Origin: Camelus ferus
Taxonomy: Eukaryota
DNA length: 64,000 nucleotides
Direction of reading: 5' to 3'
NCBI RefSeq assembly: GCF_009834535.1
Contig: NC_045707.1
Span: 50,718,001 to 50,782,000, forward strand
Each line of letters begins with the position of its first letter. The first letter of the stretch is position 1. Shown here one piece after another: positions 1-13,349 of this stretch. The position numbers were made by a program, and so were the translations under genes. A model generated the notes under the pieces. That model had not been told where the DNA came from and searched no databases. It saw only the letters and a program-made list of their open reading frames with translations.

Positions 1-1564
1 TCTTCAAGTTACCTTTAGCATATACAAAATCCAGACTGTGATTTTAAGGTGCACCTTAAAATGACTAATCAAATGACTAAAAGGAAGAAGTATATCTCTT
101 CTTTAGAGACACTATACTAGGATAGATCTCTGCTGAAAACTCTATCCAAGGAAGCAGTGCTACAGAAAATAATTTGAGAGTTAGGAATGTGTGGCTTACA
201 TTTTCTATTTTTGTTTAATCATTGTGAGTATACAGGAAGTATTAGGGTGATTTTATTGAAAGGCTGTTTAAGTACAGAAGCTGATCATCTTAACTAGCTA
301 CTTTTCACATCCTAAAGCTCAAGAAGTACGTACCACTCATATGCTTTGTTATTCATACGCAAAATATAAGTTTTCTTAAAATAATTATCACCTTTCTTTA
401 TTTATAGAAAACTTGTAAACTTGGTGAATAATGAACTACATCTACTTTGTCAGTTTCTATAAATATAATAATAATTATTGTTAAAATCAGTGGCTAAATT
501 TTGAAAATAGCTGATGATAATAAATACAGATGTCATTTACAAGCTAGAAATGCAGAGGGAGAAACTATACAATAAAAAGGCTGTAATCATGATCTCTTTG
601 TTGAATTCAGCCCATAATTTTCAATGTCAGCTTTCTATATCCATATAGTTCATGATAATACTCACTTTGTTAAATTGTATGCATTTAAAAAAACAACAAT
701 CACCAAACAAACAAACAAACAAAAAAAACCTCTAGTACAACTGAATGAATAAACACAGGTTTAAAGTGATGGAGTTCAAATCATTTCCTTTACATAAGGG
801 AGTAGCACTTCGGCTAAACTTTGAGATAGTACTTTTGGAATGTTGGTAGCTTTCTCTTCAAAAACATTTTAAGGAATTTTATGGTTCCAGAAATTTATCT
901 TATATAACATCTTTGAATCTGGAAACTTGGATTTTATTGTTGGTCCCACCACTGGTTTAATGACAGCAGTCTAGACACGTATGTTTCCCTTCTCTCCTCG
1001 CTTATTCATCCTAACTATTTTACAGTTTGGGGTAAAGGCAAAATATAGGTAAACCTACTCATCAGTCTCATTTTTAATAAATAAAAATTCAAGAACTAAG
1101 TAAACTTTCACATAGAAGGATACTGAATGAATACATAAGTAATGTTCACTTAAAGGTCAACTTTTTTTCCAGGCTTACTGATTTCTGATTTTTAAAACTG
1201 ATTGACTCAAACGGTCTGTGACCTAGTATTACTGTTTTCTACATGGAACTTTTCACTTGCAATTATTCACCCAATCTCTTAGGTTTCTGCTACTATTCAT
1301 ATGTCATTCATTCACCAAATGTATTTTAGCATATATTCTACATGAGCTACTGTTAATAGCTGCTGGAGAAGCAGGAGTGAATAAAATGTATAAAGTAAAA
1401 GTAAATACAGCAGTTTATCAGGGAGCTTATTCACTGATTCAGTCCTGCAAGATTCCAAGTAAGCTCCAAGTTATTGTTAAATCAGAGTAATTTCACCAGG
1501 AATGGTGAATTCTTTGACTTGCAGATGACAAAGAATAAACCTGAATATTTTGGAAATTAATTAA

Positions 1565-1592
1565 GGAAGGAAGGAAGGAAGGAAGGAAGGAA
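1565..1592. repeat. (GGAA)7 microsatellite
   Basis: Read directly from the sequence. Confidence 0.95.
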
Positions 1593-1659
1593 ACCACAAA
1601 GTTTCTTGATTATACTGCTAACAGTCATGATCCAGGAATGAGGATCATACTTAACCACA

Positions 1660-1865
1660 CTCTTCATAAACATCAAGGTCAAGAAAGACAAAGCTTGAAG
1701 AACTATTTCAGGTAAAGGAGACTAAAGAGACAGGACAATTAAGTGTAATACATGATCCTGGACCAGAAAATTTTTTTTCTATAAAAGCTTTATTGGAACA
1801 ATTGTGAATTTGAATAAGGTAAATATTAAAATAAAAGTACTATTTCCGTGTAAATTTCATTTAAA
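1660..1865 (+). mobile_element. Old L1 (L1MC-like) 3' UTR fragment
   Basis: AAAGGAGACTAAAGAGACAGGACAATTAAGTGTAATACATGATCCTGGA resembles L1MC3/4 3' ends. Confidence 0.55.
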
Positions 1866-2609
1866 AAACTAGCATCCATACAAGAATCATCACTCTCTTC
1901 ATCAACATTTCTTTACTCTTCCCCCTTAGCATATAAATATGTTCAGATTTTTTCCCTATATTTAGAAAAAGAAAACTCACCATGGTTTGCCTCCCTCTCA
2001 ATCTACTTTCTTTTAAGCATATTTAGAAAAAGAACCTCCCATTTATTTTCAGTCCTTCCCTCTTACCTCTTTTCAATCTGCTGTAACCATCCCTAGTTCA
2101 TAACTCCTGACATAATAGCAAAGGTAACTTTAAAATTCATTCAGGTTAATTTCCCCCTGCCCTTGGAGGAAAACCTTGGCTAATTCCATGGTTTCTTTGC
2201 TTAATATTTAGCAAAAGATGGCCGTGCTGTCAGTTTATGTCTCAAACTTAAGTCTCTATTCATACTTGGAAAGCCTTAGCCAATATATTAATTAAAACTC
2301 CAAATTTGATTTTAGCATTAGGCATTCTCTCCCCTGGGTAGGACCTGCTTCAGGACCTCTTTTTTTCCGACTTTGTGCCTGAATGGAAGGAGGGAGGAGT
2401 TGATAGGAAAGAGGAAAGAAGTCAAGAAAAGTCTTAACTGATATCGAACCATTATAAATTACTTTGTACTTTACGGACCAGCTCACATTGAAAGCCAATT
2501 CAAAGATGTCCTTTACTGAGGACCTCTCTTCTTGCAATTTCCATTATCCAGGATGATGTCTCTTGATTCTGGGTGGTTACTTGAGAGATTACTTGTTAAA
2601 CACTCACCA

Positions 2610-4640
2610 CTAGACCAAGCATCATAAACACAGGGAATTATCTCTTCTGCTAATATTGTACCCTCAGTGTCTTGCACTGCACTTGACATATAGTAATCTC
2701 TCATTAAGTACTAGTTGAGTGAGTAAGTGAAGGATGGTCTCCATATCACTAAATTCAATAATTACTTTCTGCATTTAATTAAATTAACCTTGAAATACAT
2801 TTTATGCTATTGGTCATGCCTTTTCTTATGAAATTCTCTCTTCCCCTCTTCTAGGACACTGATCTGTTTTTCTACTCTGTGGTCACAGTCTCAGTCTTTA
2901 TGAAGCCTTCTCTTTTTTCTTTTGACTGCTCTCTAAATGCCAGTATTCCCTAAAGCTTAATGAATGACTTTTCTTCTCTCATTACGATATACAATTTCCC
3001 TTCACCATTTTCCTGGTTTTCAGTAACAAGTGCATAGTTTCAGCCCAGAACCCATTCCTATGGTCCAGATCCACATATTCAACTGACCATGTGACACCTT
3101 CCAGCTTATAAAGACCTCAAACCCCTTGTTTCAGATATAAATGCATCATCTTTTCTCTAAGATCTATCCTAGGCTTTGGTTTCTACAATGCAGTGAATGT
3201 CATCATTATATATTCAGTCTCTCTGGTTAGAAATCTGGAAAACTAACCTAAACTAAAGCTTTCTTATTAAAAACTCATATCCAGTGGTTCTCTAAATCAT
3301 TTACCACTGATCTTTTAAATAGGTTTTTAATATATATCTTCTCCTTAATTCCCACAGGTTTATTCTGGGTCCTTATCACTTTGCAATTCAGTTATCGCAA
3401 TGACCTCCTTCTAGCTGGTCACTCCACCTCTTCCATTCCATTGCTCCTGCTGGTGCAATATTCTAAACTCAAATTTAATAACCATTCTCTTTTCAAAATA
3501 GCTTCCTGCATGGCATTCAAGACAAAGCACAAACTCCTTAGCCGGGATCAGAAGGTCCTTTGTGATCTGTCCCTGACGTATCCCCTCAGCCTCAACTCTA
3601 ACCTCTTTCTTTAATGAGAACCATATTCAAATATTGTGCTTTCCCCAAAGAAGTCACCTATTTTTATAGTTCTAGGCCTATTGATTTTTTCCCTCCTTCT
3701 CCCTTTTTCAGATTCCAAAATTTCAAAGAATGCATCATTTTATTCATCCTAGAATAGTAAATAGGCTTTAGGATAACTCTCTCCAAATTCAAGACTTAAG
3801 TCAAATAAATACTTCCCTGAGAAGCATAAACTTTCACCTGTTTGGAGGTAGGTCTTCTCCTGTATTCCCAAAGTTCCACCTGCATACCTATGTTTTGGAA
3901 CTGATAACCTTGCATTGGTCTTATTCTTGTTATGCCCTCATATTTCTGTTTCCTTAACATTGAGCTCAGTATAAGTAATAAATTAGTGCCTAGAAGTGTA
4001 TGATCAGACTACAGAATAGAATCCTTTCATTGCCACATATAAACCACTGACCTAAGTTAGACAAGTCATTTATAATATGTACTGTTCTTCAGTTTCTTTT
4101 TCTGTAAAATGAGTATAATGATACTTCCTGCCTCATAGAAATTTTACAAGGATGAAAAAACTTTATATACATAAAGTTCTTATGTGATACATAAGTGCCT
4201 TTAAAAGTTATTTATTATTTTATTTCTTTGCCTATAGAGAAAGATCCTCAAGGATTAGCTGAATGAATGAATGAATGAATGGGCTAATGAGTGAACAAAA
4301 GTGCAGATGACTAATGTTTAGAGAATTGTAAATGTTTAAAATACACCCAAATAGTTCCTCAGAAAGCATGTTCCTGACCCTCTCCAAGAATTCAAACAGG
4401 TTGCCCCTGATATTCCCTCTTACACAATCCAGTTCTTTTCCTTCATATTATTTATTACCACTTATAAGAATACACGTTTGAATTACTAGGTATGTGATTT
4501 TTTTCATGTCTGTGTTTCTCACCCAAATTGACCTGATATCAAAGTATGCCAATTTTGTTCCCACTGTGTTCTCAGTGCCTAGCACAGTGTTTAGTGTATT
4601 ATAAGTATTCAACGTATATAAATTGAGTGTGTGAAGGCAA
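2610..4640 (+). mobile_element. Cluster of L2 LINE fragments with a nested MIR (~3990-4220)
   Basis: L2-type pyrimidine-rich body and tails ((TGAA)n at 4260-4280; CTCAGTGCCTAGCACAGTG). MIR core CTTCAGTTTCTTTTTCTGTAAAATGAGTATAATGATAC. Confidence 0.7.
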
Positions 4641-5059
4641 AAAGTAACATGAATAGAATTCATTTTTCTCAGATGAACTAGAATTCTGCTTAGAAACTAT
4701 CAATGCCTCTTTATTATCCTAATAAAGAAGCAGTTATTATACTATTAACATCAAGTTCTACAATCCAAAGTTTATTCTCAGTTTTAGTGTTATCCATATT
4801 AACCCATTATTTATTTAGAATTCACTTTTCATTACTCAAACTTCTTTCCATTTCTGTTCTATTAATCATATTACACATATTTTACTTATAACGTGTTCCA
4901 TATCAGTTTTCAGAAGGAAGCAGGAAAGAAAAGATGAGAAAGGGAAAGAAGGGAGTAAATTATAGTTGATTACAATGAAAGTGTGAAACTGTACTGTTCA
5001 TACAGCTTGGGAACAGCTCACCAAGGAAGTTGCCATGAATCCAAATGTTAATTATAATA

Positions 5060-5310
5060 CTAAGTAATAAAAGATATTTGTTTAATGTTGTACAACATAT
5101 AAAGTACTTTCATCATATATATTCTCCCATTTAATGTTCATAACAGACCCAAGGGGCAGTTAACACATGGATTTTGGTCCACATTTCATATACGAATCAA
5201 TGTAGGCTCAGGCAAATTGCATGACTTGCCCAAGTTCTCACAGCTATTGGATTGGTCAAGCTATGACTCAGATATAGATCTGCTTTGCCAAGTCTGTTGC
5301 ACTTCCTTCA
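5060..5310 (-). mobile_element. MIR SINE
   Basis: Reverse MIR core: AGGCTCAG...ATGACTTGCCCAAGTTCTCACAGCTA. Confidence 0.7.
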
Positions 5311-8300
5311 AAAGTGAAATTCCTTTGTATAATTGAAAAAACTAAACTAAACTAAACTAACAATGGAGTTTCAATTAGGATTTCTTTTAGGGGAACAAGT
5401 AATAGGATCTGCTCATCACATTAAATACCAAGAGGAATGGATTTACATGCACCCATACCTTTGAGATTATTCAAGCTACATTGAGATGTAGAAACAAGGT
5501 GTACTAGGCATTTCTGAAATAAAGTGATGGACATTTTTAAATTCTGCATTGTATCAGATGCAGATATAGTATTTTATATAGTGCTTGTCAAGCGATAATG
5601 TCTAAAGCAGATCATTATTTAATTACAATGAAAGCTGAAGTAAACAACATGAGTGATTTCTGAAAATCTAGCCACTGAAAACCACACCCTTTGGCAACAC
5701 TCCTAAGACTCACAAGAAGACAATAGGGTAGACTGTATTAAGAGAAAATTTAAAAATAAGCATAAGGTTATGTTCCAAGACAGGGTGAAAGATAGAACCT
5801 GATGAAAACCAATGAATAAAAGTACTTAAATGTATGTAAGGGACCCTTCTTTTGTTTATTTTTTTCACTTTTTTGCACACATTCAACATTTTCCTGTGTT
5901 TTGTGATTCCCATGTGAAAGGTATGGTTCTAAACAGAAAGAGCTTTCAACTAAGTCCAATGTAATATTTTTTAAAGCATAAACTTGGAGTCATATAAATG
6001 CGAATTTGAAGCCCATTTGCTAATTATTATAACTAGCTATGAGAATGAAAGCAAACTACGTAAACAACTTGATAACAACACATAAAAGGCTACTGCCAGA
6101 ATTAAGTGAGATGATATATTCATCCATTCCTTCTTTCATTCAGAGTCTACTTTGTGTCAGGCACTGTCCAAACCACAAAAGACATAGTAGTGAGCAAAAC
6201 AAAATCCCTGTCCACATAGTTTTCCATTCTAGCAGGTGTGAAATAAGCAAGTGCATACCATAATGCATGGTACAATAAAAGGTACACAAGAACTGACTTT
6301 CTTTTCCAGTTCCCTTCATCACACCACCTGTAATCTTTGGTCCTTTATTAACAGGAATTGTGTGGATTAAGCCAACAATACTTAAACAGTATTGGCAGCA
6401 GCTACTCTGAAAGTAGAAAAAAGGGCCTATTAAAAATAATTGTGATTAAAAGTGTGTTTAAGAAGAGTCACAGTCAGCCAAGTGATTGCTTATTTCTTAC
6501 ATTTGCTGAATGTTTGGGGGCAAAAAACACAATAAGTGGCCCACAGAGTGATTAAATCAATTCCCCAGGTTTGATTAGCTTGGTTATCTGCATGGACTAA
6601 GGAACCACACTTGGAGAGAATGAAGGTTAGTCAATAACTATTGATAATTTCATCCATTTACTCTTTTATATGAATATGAATCAGGCCATTTCCAGGAACC
6701 AGTTACGAAATGTACTCATCCACATGCTACATGTAGGGGGCCGGGGGTTGGGGGTGGGGGGAGGAGTAAGTGTATCTATAGATGTTGTGAAGAAAGGAGA
6801 GCCAGAATTTGGCAGCTACTTGAAGACATGAAGAAAAGAAAAAAATCATGTAAATGTCAAGACTATTGGGCTTTTGTCTAAGGGTGGGTTTATTTTTATA
6901 CTCCTACAGAGAAATTAAGAGACAAAGAAAAGAACTCTGGTAACCTTAGTGCTGCAGGAATGACTGTAGATAGCATCATTTAAAAAAAAAAAAAAAGACA
7001 AGGAAATTTACAAGTAAAGATAGGAAAAAGAAAGGAAAATTTGCCAGTAACCTGAAACCAGCATCAAAGGATGAGAAACAAAATCTGTGATCTGTGGGTC
7101 ACTCACACTAGTCAAATTAAAGTACAGTAGGTCTAGTAATCATCTTAAAGACAGATTTCAATGGTTGCAGTTAACTTGATACACACAGTTTGGATTATTA
7201 TTCAACATTTCTTAAACATCTCAAAACTTAAATCAATTTTATTTTGGCTGATTTGATAGTTTTACATCTAGATGTAAATCCAGAGAGTAAACCAAGTAAA
7301 AGGAAGATGTCGGATTAAGGAAATAGGAAAGAATAAGGAAAGAGGTAAGTAGAATATCCAGGGTGATGGGAAAATACCCCAGAATGGCAGTTTGGTAGCA
7401 GACTTAGAGAGCCACCAATCTGTTTTGAGCAGGAAAACAGTAGGCTCTGAGACAGAGCTGTCTTGGATAGATAGAGTGCATTGATAAGGCACCTGCTCTA
7501 TTTGTGAGTTTGAATGATTTGGGGAGGTCATTTGGCAAGAGATACAAGGGAAAGTAAACAATTGGAAACAAGACAATGATTAAATCCACAGAAAATAAAT
7601 TTGTAGCAGAAAGAAATGTAATTATAGTACACAATATAGCTTGCCTGTTAAAGTGTTTACACAGTAACAATAAACGCTAAAGATTTGCCTTACCCTAATT
7701 AGCTACATTGAGAGACTAGGAAGAAACAAATGTGTGTGTTGGTGAACAGGGGGTAGTTGCAAGTGGAGTGAGGATTTAAGAGACCCAATTCTCATTTCTT
7801 CATACTGGGAAACAACTACAACTGAAAAATCAAAAGTGTTAATTTCAGAATGTTATTTAGAGATATAGGGGTATGTTAAGAATAAACAGTGGTGGGGAGC
7901 AGAAGAATAAGAGAAAGGAACAGGAATAAGCCCTGTAGACCTACTTGACTTTTTAAATAATATGCAAAATATCATGTTAAAAAGTTAAAATCAGAAACAA
8001 AAGCAAAGACCAAAGCACTTTAAAGACTACCATCATTGTTGTAGGGCTTATCAAGGTAAAGGGAGAAAAAAATGTAAATCTAACATAATCTGGTGAGTAT
8101 AAAAATGAGTTGATAAAAACACTGTTATTTGCAGGAACACTTCCCTAAAATACTCCCTTACTGAATTTTAAGCAATACTATTAGCTCATAAAAGTCTACA
8201 ATGTAAGAATAGACCACCACCTAAGCCTAAACTGACACATAGTGGTAAGTACACGTGTAATTTTGTGATGCACGTTCTTATTTTAAGATAAATACTGAGA

Positions 8301-8345
8301 AATGAAAGAGACAGCATGAAGAAGTTTTAAAAGTTTATTGTATCA

Positions 8346-8575
8346 GGGGGAGGATTTAGCTCAGTGCTAGAGTGGTGCTTAGCATGCTTGAGGTCCTGGG
8401 TTCAATCCCCAGTACCTCCATTAAAATAGACAGATAGACAGCTAGATAGATAGACAGACAGACAGACGTAATTACACCCTCCCCCCAAAAAAGAAATCAA
8501 AGAAAAAATGCAGCTTTAATGTCCTTAAATAAAATAAAATGATTGAACACTTTTAAAAAAAATAAAAAGTTTTTA
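8346..8575 (+). mobile_element. tRNA-derived SINE, camelid Vic-1-like
   Basis: GGGGGAGGATTTAGCTCAGTGC (A box) ... GGGTTCAATCCCCAGTACCTCC (B box), with a (GATA/GACA)n and A-rich tail. 17-bp TSD: AAAAGTTTATTGTATCA (8329-8345) / AAAACTGTATTGTATCA (8576-8592). Confidence 0.88.
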
Positions 8576-9782
8576 AAAACTGTATTGTATCAGAACCAAC
8601 AAAAGAGATTGGACAACTTCATTCCATCTTTCTCATAACCTGCCCACTGTCCGAAAACTATCAGAGTTTAACCCAAAATAGATGCTGTTCTCTCACTACC
8701 CCAAGCCCTGAAAAAGCACCAGACAAACCACCCACCAGACATACCTACATTCTCACACGAATTTGCCCAAAAGAAGACACTTCTATTATGTACACAGGAG
8801 GATCCTTCTGAGATGAGATGGGGAGACATGGTAACTGGGTAAGTCTTTCAAAGAGATCTGCCACCCTCTCATTCTATCAACATCCGTGTATATACTATCT
8901 GCATATCTTTGACATCCACAGGCACTAACAATACGACTAATAATATCAGTATTGAAAAATTATCCTACATGTGTAAAAAGGAGCATTAATACAACATAAC
9001 TTTTCAAAATCAATAAAATCTTTCATTTCTATACTTTGTGGTGATAATCAGTAGTTATATCAACTCAGATGGCTTTTTTTTTTTTATGATAAGAGAAACC
9101 ATACTCTAATTAGTATTCAAAGAGTGGTAATAATATCCCTAAAACAATCTATTCCTTAAGCATATATATTCCAATTATCTTTATTATCTCATTGCACAGA
9201 TCTATACAATTATGGAAGTATGGTAAAGTCCAAAATTAAAATTTAAACTTTATAAATTTTAACAGACTTGACAGCAACTCTGTACTTTTAAAAACCAGTG
9301 AAGCAAATGTCTTTGGAATTCATTCTTTAGTTTCTTACTTTTTAAGTAGCTATAATACTTTCTATTCTTAAGTAAGATTCTGTTTTTCATTGAAAGATTG
9401 CAACCACAGGGTCAAATGTGGCACAAACAGCACTTCTCATCTCCCATACTTATTAAGATGAGATATGAAGGAAAGTATACCTGAGGTAACATTTTTAAAG
9501 TAATTTAATAATGTATCTATCCATTCATCTCCCCCACTAATAAAATGATGACGAGAAATGCTCCCCTCAAATTGTATTAAAAGAAAAATGTCTGGTAATA
9601 TTATAGTGAAATTCTCTAAGTATAAGCTTCATAAAAGTAGAAACTGTTCATTCATTGTAGCTTCTTTGTTGAAAGTATTTATTGTCTGCTCAGTTCCTAG
9701 CACTGTGTTTTGATACTAGTTTCAGATTCCCAGATCATTGGAGCTGTCCCTTCTCCAGTTCTTTCAAGACCTGGTTGTTCAA

Positions 9783-9904
9783 TCTTTCCTTATCTTTCTC
9801 TCTCTCTCTCCCTCTCCCTCTCTCTCTCTCTTTTCCCCTCCCTTTGTCCCTCCTCAATCCTCTGATTTTCTCTCTCTCTCTTCCTCTCTCTGCCTCAACT
9901 CCCT
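9783..9904. repeat. CT-rich polypyrimidine low-complexity tract
   Basis: Read directly; several (CT)n runs. Confidence 0.9.
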
Positions 9905-11669
9905 AGTCAGTAGTAATCTTATAATCCAAGAACTCTGTCTTGAGCTCTGCTATTTTATACTTACATCATTTCATAAATGTTGTCCTATTCAGTTTGATAG
10001 TTTATTGAGCATAGACCTATAGTTACCATCTTAATGGACATAGGAAATTTCATTGTGTTGATAGAACACAATTATTAAAATGTTCAAATGTTCCCTTAAT
10101 ATTAGCTTTTCATTGGTTTGTTGTTTCTGTTTTGCTCCTTAGATATTACTACACTGAAAAGAAGACATATTTTTATAACATCTTCCCTTTGGTGACCCCT
10201 ATACAGGGACTAGTCCTCCATCCTTAGGACTTCCACCTTTAGAGTATCCACCTCCACCTCTCTGATTACAACCTGACCTGGAGCAATCTCCCCTTAGAGT
10301 TTCTAGATTTAAGGCTCTTGTCCTGCTTTCCGGGGCACCACAGCCTTTGTATCAATGTGACTATTTCCACCACAGCTAGATTCCTATGGAGTAATACAAT
10401 GGGATGGGAGGCAGGGCATGGTGGGTTGCATATAAGGAGACATGGAGGAATAAGCAAGTAAGCAAAAGATAATTAGCACCTGCACACTTCTTTTTTCTAG
10501 AGAGGAGAAATCATACAGTGAGAGAAAGTTGATCTGAAAACAATTTGAGAAAAGTAATGTTAAGGATAAGGAATCCACTGACAGCAATACAGAGAGACAT
10601 TTTATTCCTTCCAAATCAAATTTGGATCATATCAACTTGCAAAAAATGAATGTTACAACATGACCAACATTTATTTTTAGTAACTTAAGTATTAGTCCAT
10701 TTCTCTGAATGTTTATTTGGCTGTGATAATTTGGATCAATTAGAGAAGCAGTTAATCTTTAAACTATATTGCAGCATGGTATAGCAACCACATAAAGATA
10801 CAATCATCTTTTATATTTTAGCTCCTTCCATTCAAAGCACTATAAATTTTTCAGTGAATTTTCAAACCACCAGTTTCTAAAGGAAATATGCCTTTGGAGA
10901 TCAATTGATGACAAATACAACTTGTTTTAATAGATTCCCTCCACTGCAGCTGCTGCTATGCTACCTGTAGATATTAAGAAAGAAAACAGAGAGTGACTTT
11001 TAAACTGAGCTGGTTTAATCGCACATTGGAAAATTGGGAAGATTTGTTGAATGAGGGTTAAGGTTCATATTCTTTCATGTAATTAAGATTTATTCAGATA
11101 GTATGGAAAGGTACTTTCTTATAAATTACTTTGATCTTGCTGATAAGAGTCTCCATCCTTAGGAGAAAGAGGGTCTACAGAGAAAGCACCCAGGGGTAGT
11201 GGAAAGTATCTGAGGCTACCTTCCTGTTATAAGCTCAGTCAGTCTTTCTGAAATAGCTTGGCAGTATTTCAGGTCCCAACACTAGTGACCAACTACTCAT
11301 TAGACTGCTGACTCCCTTCTCACAACCCTACAATTCTGTTCATCCTTGCTTTTGGATTGGCATAACAAATCTACTTTTTTGGACAAAGGGGAGTGTGGGA
11401 AATAACATAATACAGTAAAGCATGTGTTTGAAATCTGGCTCCAGAATCTCCTATCTACACAATCTTTCAGGTTGCTCAAACTCTCTAAACTTCAGTTCCT
11501 TAATTTATGAAATGTAGTGTTAATGTCTAGCTAATAAGGTTGTTATTAGGGCTAGGTGAAATAACTTAGCAAATAAGTATTCTATAAACATTAGTTCTCT
11601 TCCTATCTCCCCTAAGAAAATAATGTTTGTTCAAGCCAGAAAGAAAGGTCAGGCTACCACATGAAATAC

Positions 11670-11951
11670 GGACGGCTAACTTTACACGTGGACGCCCAGA
11701 CAGTAAGTATTTTAGGCTCAGCAGACAACAGAGACTCTGTTACAGCTACTCACTTCTGCAGTTGTTGTATGAAGTGGCTATCCACAGTATGTAAACTAAC
11801 GGGGGTGGCTGTGTTCCAATAAAACTATATTTATGGAGACTGAAATTTCAATTTTATATAACTTCCACAAACATGAACCATTATTCTTCTTAGCTCTTGG
11901 GAACTACAAAAACGTGTGGCATGTTAATGGACCAAAGATTGCCAATCTCTG
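11670..11951. mobile_element. MER58-like hAT-Charlie DNA transposon
   Basis: CCAGACAGTAAGTATTTTAGGCT...CTCTGTTACAGCTACTCA...GTGGCTGTGTTCCAATAAAACTATATTTATGGA...TTGCCAATCTCTG. Confidence 0.75.
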
Positions 11952-13349
11952 TTCTAGGGAATCAACAACAAATGAATGAGAACATTGCTCAGAATCAAGA
12001 AAGATTCAGTTAAAGAAAGAATGGAAAAGTAGGGGCAAATCAGCATTGCCTAGCATCTCTGCTCTGCTACTTCCACGATTGGTTTTGATACATACTCATC
12101 TCTTCCTTCCCTGATCTCCCATAGTACTCATGTTCTCTGTTTTTGCACTAAGGGCATATTTGTCTGCAATGTAACAAAACCCAGTACTCCAATGTATGAA
12201 CAGAGATGTCTCAGATAAAAAGAACTTAGTTAAGATGGGCCCATTTGGTTACCATCAGGGTATTTTTATCCTAAACTTTTCTCTAGGAATATGTAGGAGG
12301 CTTTTATATTTAGCTTTAATATAGAAATGGGAAGCTGTTTGGATACTGCCTACATCCTGTCTTTTTTTTTGTTCTATAGTTGCTTTACTTACAAACCTCT
12401 CAGCTTCCCATGAAGATGGAAAGGTCGTTGAAACCAGGAACCATGCCATGTAATTGTTTTGCCACAAAATTGTACAGAACAATATTAACAAACAAGACTT
12501 AGAAAATTGTTGGACAGATTCAAACAAGTTTGTGCTTTACCAAAATTTCCCAGTAAAACAATGTGTGGAATCAGAAGGCATTAACTTATGTGACCTCAGA
12601 AACACTTATGTTTCACATTGTTATTCCTAAACTTACAGGATTGCAGACAGCATCCAAATTTATCCTTATTTTATGACCAATAGCACATAACATGATTCAG
12701 CTGGCTGAACAGAGAGCTATAAGACACAGTGTGTCATAGTATTTTATTTTCATTTTTTATTTAATTTTTGCATGAAACATGTTGGCTGACAGAGAAATTA
12801 AATGCAATGGCATGAAGTTGGTAGCAACACCGGCTAAACCATTGGTTTCCCAAGGGGAGGATGCCAAGATGATCCACTGAAGTACAGGGGGAAAATTACC
12901 ATTTTTTCTTATGTTACTTTTAATGGAAACAGTTAAGGAGAAGCTAAAGGTAACTGATACCTATTATATGCATGAACTGGTGCCATCATGTGCTGTCTTT
13001 GTCATGTAACCAGATGTCAAGTCTTTGGGCAAGGGATTCTGTGAAAGAATGAGAGAGAATGCTGATATATGGCTCCTCATTCACCTGAAAAAAAATTGAA
13101 AAAGCTAACCCAAACAAATAAATGAAATATCATGAGCATAAATTAATTTTATTCCATGTGTATACTGTCAACAGGGGAATTGTGTTTAATTTCTGATCCT
13201 TAAGAATGGTATGCTTATTAGATGACCACAAAGCAAAAAGGCTTACATATAATATTCAAATGTACCATGATACTGGTGGCTTGCAAACTTTTTGGCTTCT
13301 GATAAATATTAGAAAAACCTATTATCAACAGATATTTTGAAAAAATTTA

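Noticed and set aside
1565..1592. GGAA microsatellite as an ETS-fusion-type enhancer
   Set aside because: Short (7 units), and that mechanism is specific to EWSR1-FLI1 tumours; no support here.
8346..8420. tRNA gene
   Set aside because: A/B boxes are present, but it is followed by a SINE tail and flanked by a TSD, so it is a SINE.
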